Of a stretch of DNA of 44,236 nucleotides, positions 37,901 to 44,236 are shown in pieces. How positions within the stretch are numbered: the first letter of the stretch is position 1; every line of letters begins with the position of its first letter. Source of the stretch: Phoronis australis (lineage: Eukaryota; Animalia; Phoronida); assembly GCA_002633005.1 (NCBI GenBank), contig NMRA01000365.1, positions 21,181 through 65,416 of the forward strand, given 5' to 3'. The notes under the pieces were generated by a model. That model had not been told where the DNA came from. It worked only from the letters and a program-made list of their open reading frames with translations, and made no database searches. The translations under genes were made by a program, and so were the position numbers.

Positions 37901-40900
37901 GTTAACGACATGGGTAAATCTAAACCCTAAAGTTAAAATCATGAAACATATTAAATTGTTTTCAATACGTCTGGGGTAGAATTAATTTAATGTTTGTGCA
38001 TTGAGTTGTTTTCAGTTTGATGATTACATACAACCATGTCCTGCAAACATTAAAATTCAAATATGCAACGTTTTGATTTCCGCCATCATTATACTATGGA
38101 AACAAGAAAAAATTGGCAACAATCCGTACAAGCAACAAAGAATATGTCGTAGCATCACCTAAGCCTTGGTGGAAAGCTGTATACCAGGTGCTTACAAAAA
38201 ATTCATTTCACGGGGAGGTTACGCTTATTGTAGCCTAAGGCAGTTGAAACCCGGTTTCCGAAACGGGTAAAATCGGAAGCTAGGATTTATCAAATTTACG
38301 TTCTGTGACATATTTGTAGCCTATGACAGTCTTTCTACAAAATTGTGGTGCATTGCTATCAAATTCCGTTGTTAAATTACGATCATTTTTCTAAAAATTG
38401 TGCCGAAATCACACGGCGAAAACTTGCCGACTGATAGGTCGCTGAATCACGATCGTCAATATGAAAACTTGAATTCTTGAATAAAAATACAGGTTTGACT
38501 CAACAGATTACCTGAANTTTGTGCTGTTCTTGTTTTTTCTAACGAAAAGTCTCCAAATAGTTCATAAAAATAATTTATCTAGTACACAGAATAATAGGCC
38601 TGGCAGCTAACTGCTTGTGGCTGGGTGTCAAGTTCCAATGTTTACTATTTCTACTACTAGTGACAACAAGGGGTTGGTAAGTTGACACTTTCTAGGTTAT
38701 AAACAAAACCCGAGTATGAGGGTCGTACAGTGGTAGCTGGAGACCAGGCGAGCTTTTCTCATGAGGTTACGCTTATTGTAGCCTAAGGCAGTTGAAACCC
38801 GGTTTCCGAAACGGGTAAAATCGGAAGCTAGGATTTATCAAATTTACATTCTGTGACATATTTGTAGCCTATGACAGTCTTTCTACAAAATTGTGGTGCA
38901 TTGCTATCAAATTCCGTTGTTAAATTACGATCATTTTTCTAAAAATTGTGCCGAAATCACACGGCGAAAACTTGCCGACTGATAGGTCGCTGAATCACGA
39001 TCGTCAATATGAAAACTTGAATTCTTGAATAAAAATACAGTTTTGACTCAACAGATTACCTGAAATCCTTGTGTTTTACAATTCTTTAAGTTCATGTGGA
39101 GTCCAGATTAAGTAGGATTAAGGCCAAATCTGCGCTACATCGTACCCCACAACACGAGAAAAATCTTTGGATGAACACGCATGTTGTTGTCATGTGACGT
39201 TTGTGTTGAAGTTCGTCTGAGTATGAGAGTGAGTGCATGTGCGGGTCATCGACGACAGACTTTTGTTACAAAAGGCGGAAGATTATGCAAGAAAATGGCA
39301 TTTACTAGATTGTTTTTCAGTTAAACGGCTGCAACGTGCAAGGTGAGTGCCGGCTAACTCTCAGATTTTGTGTGCACAGGCCGATGGTTGTTAGGTCTAC
39401 CGTGGAGTAAATAGTCCTAGGCTCGATCTACAACATGTTGGGATGAGGTGACAAAGTGAACTACCCGGGCTGTGTGAAATGTCTGGGTCTAACAGAGACA
39501 CTGACGCAGTGGTACCTATAGTCAGCCAGCTCGCTCTATCAAGACTATCGGCAAAATCCAACTTCGTTTTATCGTGTCTCTGTCAATAATAACGGCATGC
39601 TAAAGTTTCTTAATGTTCGTACTTCAGGAACATAACGATCCCGTGTTTTGTATACATACGCACACACCGCAGATCACATCTCGGAAATTTCCGATTTGAC
39701 GGATGACAATGAATGACCACAATGAAATCAAACAATGTTGTTTTACATCTTGTAAGAGCTATAATAAACGTATTTTGAATATTGTACTGCATGTGTTCCA
39801 AAATCTAAATAACGGGTCCTATATTTTTGTATTTGCAGTTGTGCACGCCGAATGAAAGTAATTTTGAGTGTTGCTGTGTTGCTAAATCTTTTATTCTGGG
39901 CCGATTTGAAAAATCAAAGTTGTACCAACATTTTTTTTCTCCAATTATTACACTCAAAACTACGTAAAACGCTCTTGACGTAAAAAGTACGGTCATCTAG
40001 GCTAGATTGTAATCAGCTGATCGTATCCGCACGAGCAAAGCCAATTATCCTCGCTCGTGACTCGATGAATAGGGCTGATAGGCGGGATCCCTTTGATCGT
40101 GAGCTGAGCACAACTCAGCCAAAGTGGATTAGTTCAATCGTCCAAACCCCACAGTTTTCCCTGATCAGTGGGGTTGTGACGTCATCGTGTTTAGTGGGAA
40201 TGTTCACAGCATGACTTGGCTTGAAATGAAAACGTACTGCATTTAGTGGCAGATCTAGGATTTCACAGGAGGGGAAATGATTGACTTGGACATGGAATCG
40301 ATGCTATTATTTCATATATTCTGTGCCACCTGGTGGGCATTTTTCATTATTTACGAGTCTGTTGTTTGGCATCCACCCTTTTTGTCTTCCAAACTGCTCC
40401 GAGGAGCATTATGAAAGTTGGCAGGTATGTTCCTGCTGAGTAGCTACAACTGACGTTTCAGACGTCTTTGACTATCATTGTGTCCCCTAGTGATATGTTT
40501 TTTTTGTGTCCACAGGTATGTCTCCATTACCCCTGCAGGCTCTTTGTGAAATTTGGTAAATGTTTTTGTGTAACTGTCTCAACAGATGATGAATTTTGGG
40601 CAGATCTGATTACTGCTGTGCCCGAGATAGAATTTTCATTCTATACATTTACCTCAATGTCTTTATCTTAAGAGTTCCTTGATAGAATTTCATGAAATTT
40701 GGCAAATCTAGAGATTTCTAGATGGCAACACTTCTATATTTTCAGACAGATTAGATGTATTCTGTGTGGCTTAGTAGCCATTTTTAATATCGTGTGCATT
40801 TCAATTGCATTAACCTCGTTTAAATTTGGAATCACCACAAATTTCGAAGCAAATTACAGTTAAACCTTTATTTGTCTGGCTTCTTCTGACTTTGTTGGAA

Positions 40901-43873
40901 CTTGTTTAAGTGTGATAACTTCGTAGCAACTTAAAGTTTTACTATGTCGCCAAACTAAGTTTGTGGCTGTATTGGTGAGCTGAAGGTTTACAAATTGAGT
41001 CTTGCAACCATTGATTTAAGAGTCTGTCATTTTACTCTGTTTTAGGAATGTGCTGTGCGTAGTGGCCACATTGAATGTGTTGATGACTCCGATGTTTTGT
41101 TTCACTGGGCTGACGACGGTTTCCCTGTTGATGATAGAGTGCACCATGAGTTGTTTGTGGCTAATCCAAGTACGTCTGACTGTTTTCAGACACTTAAAAG
41201 CTTGGTTAAGGGCAATGTACACGTCGTGTGCTTATATGTGTTTAGAATGCCTAGAACCATTTTCTGTATTGTACCTGTTGCTGATAAGAAGGAATCTTTA
41301 CATTCACCTATTTACTGCTTTAGGGGAGGAATTAAGTTGTTACTGCATGCATTTTAAAGTTTTGAGAATCTAACAGTTTTATAGCAGTGGTATCTTGTGT
41401 TTATTTTCACAATTTACTGTGACATATAGAGTTAATTGGTAGTAGCATTTACTGAAGACATCTTAAAAATTTTGCCTCACTAGGTGTGCCGATCTCATCT
41501 CATCTCCGTGAGCTTATGTCAGCTTTAGCCGACCGGATGACTGAAGAGTCAGATGAAATACAACTGCAACGCATTGAGAACAAGCATAGGCGAGGTGAAT
41601 ATGAACTTATACTTTACTGAGTGAAAAATACAGAGTTAAACAATGGGAAACAACAAATTGTAAGTCAATTAGTGTGCTACGATAATATTTACATGATTGA
41701 GTGGTTGCCTTATACTACTAAATGGGTTGCCATTGTTGTTTCCTCACAAATGAGTGCTCTTAAGAAAACCTTTAGTGGGGTCATGCATGGATTGGCTTGT
41801 AATCGAGATTTGTTCATTAAGTTTATGAGCTAATCTACAAGCAGCCATATGTGCACATGAAGAACACAAATTACATAACAAAGAATTGCCATTAATCCTC
41901 ACATATTCACGATGAGGTTTGCAATGCAGTTTTGCACTAACTCGCCTTAAGCAATGATGGAAGAAGGTAAGTGATAGAAGATTTGATGTTGGCTATGTTT
42001 AAGGATGAACTTGTACTTGACCAGATTGGTTTATTCTGGTGGGCTTATATGCCAGAACAAATAAAAAGTTAGAGTTGTTCTTCCCTGGCATTACTCTACT
42101 GCATGGCTACTCCTGTCTGTCTTGTCAAGAAAGTTTTGACCTTGTAGTTTTTAAATATTAGGAAAATATGTATGACGTATTCTTAAATGATAGTTCCATG
42201 CAATGCAGAAAGGTCACATCTACTATAGTAACCTTTGCAAATTTCCGCAAGCATAACACAAATACAGTGGAAGTCCTCTAGAACAATAAACTCTTTTGGA
42301 TGGGATGCCGATGATGGTTGTGCACTGAAAAAGTTACAGCATAGAGCCACACAATCACAAGTCTTATTATTCACTATCCCACTCACATCAACTTAACTTC
42401 ACTTAGAGGTCATAGAGGTCATATCGGTACCGTGGTTGCCTCTAGTTCATTAAGTGTGCTCAGGTAAACTATTGGATAGCACAACTGGTAATGATTGAAA
42501 CTGTCTTCCTGTTATTAGACAGGGTCAAGTTATGTTGGTGGCCACGGGTGGTCTAGTGTTGAGAATAGAATGCATGAGCCTTGGGTTGTTGCTGTGGTCG
42601 TATGTTTCATGTATCTTATTTGTTGCCACCCAAATATTGTATTGTTGGTCTAATTCGCTTCAGATAATTGATAAGAAAAGAAAGATTATGATGTTGAATT
42701 TTTTCACCTTAGACTTGTTAATTGTACCTAATTATCAGGTGTACGTTCAGGATATCGCATGGTGCCCCTTAATATTCCACAATCACCTTTGCTCTTCTCA
42801 TTCTCCATAAATTGTTGATCTACCCCGTAACTTCATCAAAAACATCAGGTTTCCAGCAAATGATTGTGGGACAAAATGGGATACAATTGTTGTGCTACAC
42901 ATTTTCGCGTGACCTGATTGGCTGCCATAAATTGCCGTATGGGAACAATTCATTAGTAAATAGTCACTTACTTATATGGGTCCTTGATTTTGAGTACAAG
43001 TTTGATACCCGTTATTCACTGGAGGAAACATTAAGTTCTCAAAATCTGGAACACCTGTAAGCGGACCATCCCGAATTAAAAGAGTTGTCCTAGTTATCAT
43101 TTAGTCCATTCTATGCCTTTAAACGTAACTGGATGTAATGCTGGAATTGTTGATTTACCTTTTGTCTAACCAAATCTGAAATTTCCAAAAATAAGTTTGT
43201 GAAACCCTAGCTGCTCTTTGTTAGCAACAACTAAAACATAAAACTGATAACCAGACTTATAAACTTTACAACAGTGATGATAATGGTTTAGATATTTGTA
43301 ACTGACAATGCAAGACATTGTGCAAGGAAGAATGATGTACTAAATTTTTAATTTCAGATGATGCATTTGAGAAGGTCAGACGGAACGAGATTGATATATC
43401 AGGTAACTCTAAAAAATGAGTCAAAAACATTTAAAATAGATAAAAAAAATATGAACTCGAATTTAAACACTTGTAGATAGCTAAAATACTAAGTTTCACA
43501 AGTAAATTCAGGTATGAATGCTTTAAGTCCATATTTGGAACCAAGGGATTTTTGCTAGCCATCTACTGTTGTCAGTAAAATTTAGTAAATAACAGTGTTT
43601 TTATATGATGTGCCACATCCACTTTGGCTCTCATGGAAACTGCTTAGAAAAAATATTCTCTAGAACTTGTCGATGTTACTCAATTGATGAAATTTTGTCC
43701 AGCATATGAAATAGGTCCTTCATATTTGTTATGTTTCAGAGGTGTGCATATCATGTGATGTCCATACTGATCCAGTAGTGGCCCAACACCCTCTGTTTTA
43801 TGGGGGTCTGTGTGCTGAGTGTAAACAGGAGCTGATGGATACACTATTTACATATGGAGATGATGGACTGAAT
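28932..43873 (+). CDS. DNMT3: DNA (cytosine-5)-methyltransferase 3 family protein, 5' part (long N-terminus, PWWP, start of ADD); continues beyond the window
   Basis: Exons 28932-28988, 31327-31396, 32135-33843, 34562-34702, 36289-36315, 36790-36939, 37611-37715, 41046-41169, 41484-41594, 43358-43402 and 43740-43873 join in frame with GT-AG introns (2673 nt, 891 aa). PWWP GEIVWAKFGRQCWWPG...WVFWFGDHKVS...RALLEAIR; DNMT3-type HWADDGF; ADD start EKVRRNEIDISEVCISC...HPLFYGGLCAECK...YGDDG. The PWWP+ADD order is diagnostic of DNMT3. The catalytic domain is not seen. Confidence 0.88.
29585..29820 (+). mobile_element. tRNA-derived SINE with a LINE-derived 3' tail
   Basis: A-box-like TGGCCTAGTGTGG (29592) and B-box-like GGTTGGAGTC (29636). 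The 3' segment 29746-29800 resembles the LINE 3' UTR at 11640-11698, followed by an A/T-rich tail. Confidence 0.7.
29890..30704. repeat. Degenerate tandem repeat, about 340-400-bp unit, 2-3 copies
   Basis: GTGCAAAGGTCATCTAATTTT recurs near 29897, 30301 and 30643. AAGTTTCAGGTCATTTGGT...CCATGG and CAGCATTAA.CACACTTTT are duplicated. Confidence 0.8.
30989..31121. repeat. Short tandem duplication, 68-bp period
   Basis: Identical 51-mer TAGGGCATTTTG...GGAATACC at 30989 and 31057. Confidence 0.9.
32135..33843 (+). CDS. DNMT3: DNMT3 giant exon: Ser/Thr/Pro-rich disordered region with a basic NLS-like cluster
   Basis: 584-aa ORF; acceptor tttcag| at 32134/32135 and donor AAG|gtattt. KKRKR...RKSRKRGR at 33331-33384. 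Confidence 0.8.
36790..36939 (+). CDS. DNMT3: DNMT3 exon: PWWP beta-barrel
   Basis: VANLGEIVWAKFGRQCWWPGIVTKG...CWVFWFGDHKVSE. Confidence 0.92.
37611..37715 (+). CDS. DNMT3: DNMT3 exon: PWWP helical part
   Basis: VSICNLKGFTEEYRRF...LFGRALLEAIR; donor |gtaagt. Confidence 0.85.
38215..39064. repeat. 302-bp duplication (38215-38516 and 38763-39064) next to a single N; probable haplotype artefact
   Basis: Copy A ends exactly at the N at 38517, and the two copies differ at two visible positions. Confidence 0.85.
43740..43873 (+). CDS. DNMT3: DNMT3 exon: ADD domain GATA-like zinc finger
   Basis: VCISCDVHTDPVVAQHPLFYGGLCAECKQELMDTLFTYGDDGLN; bounded by tttcag| and |gtaagt. Confidence 0.92.
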
Positions 43874-43875
43874 GT

Positions 43876-44236
43876 AAGTACTGGAGGCAGAGCCACAGTG
43901 GGAGGAATAGGGTGGATCTAAGTTGTATAAGTATTGGAGGTGGAGCATGCACAGTGTGATGTGTAGGGTGGATCTAAGTTGTACAAATACAGGAGGCGGA
44001 GCCACTGTGTGATGGATAGGGTGTTACTAAGTTGTACAAGTACTGGAGGCGGAGCCACAGTGTGATGTGTAGGGTGGATATAAGTTGTACAAATACAGGA
44101 GGCGGAGCCACTGTGTGATGGATAGGGTGGATCTAAGTTGTTCAAGTACTGGAGGCGGAGCCACAGTGTGATGTGTAGGGTGGATATAAGTTGTACAAAT
44201 ACAGGAGGCGGAGCCACTGTGTGATGGATAGGGTGG
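43876..44236. repeat. 53-bp minisatellite with alternating A/B variants (106-bp higher-order unit)
   Basis: Units start at 43876, 43929, 43985, 44038, 44091, 44144 and 44197. Later units alternate AAGTACTGG...CACAGTGTGATGTGTAGG and AAATACAGG...CACTGTGTGATGGATAGG. Confidence 0.95.

Noticed and set aside
38215-39064. 302-bp direct repeats that look like LTRs
   Set aside because: Copy A ends exactly at an N, and there are no TG...CA termini or TSD; most likely a scaffolding overlap.
42523-42566. KLCWWPRVV, suggesting a second PWWP domain
   Set aside because: A stop codon follows immediately, there is no upstream VWxK motif, and the DNA resembles a decayed tRNA-SINE head (GGTGGTCTAGTG). The DNMT3 exon chain closes in phase without it.
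43740-43873. ATRX as the identity of the ADD-containing gene
   Set aside because: ATRX lacks an upstream PWWP domain; PWWP followed by ADD fits DNMT3.

Overview
AT-rich, intron-containing eukaryotic DNA, inferred to be from an invertebrate animal (species not determinable), from a draft assembly with N gaps. Two spliced + strand genes can be rebuilt by hand with consistent GT-AG boundaries and intron phases. (1) An adhesion GPCR (GAIN/GPS plus secretin-type 7TM): nine exons at 15334-24269, about 569 aa, with no 5' start found. (2) A DNMT3-family DNA methyltransferase at 28932 to beyond 43873: about 670 aa of low-complexity N-terminus, then PWWP and the start of the ADD domain; the catalytic domain should lie past the window end. 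The first 15 kb holds decayed exon-like ectodomain sequence, an Ingi/I-type LINE with a 10-bp TSD, an RNase H-bearing LINE fragment, and an RTE LINE nested in a CR1/L2-group LINE. There is also a tRNA-derived SINE sharing its 3' tail with the RNase H LINE, several MITEs and minisatellites, and two duplications at single Ns that look like haplotype artefacts. No prokaryotic systems are present. The best leads are a CpG-rich island inside the DNMT3 intron that splits the PWWP-coding region (possible PWWP-less isoform), a DNMT3A1 UDR-like motif, the SINE/LINE pair, and the atypical GPS of the adhesion GPCR.
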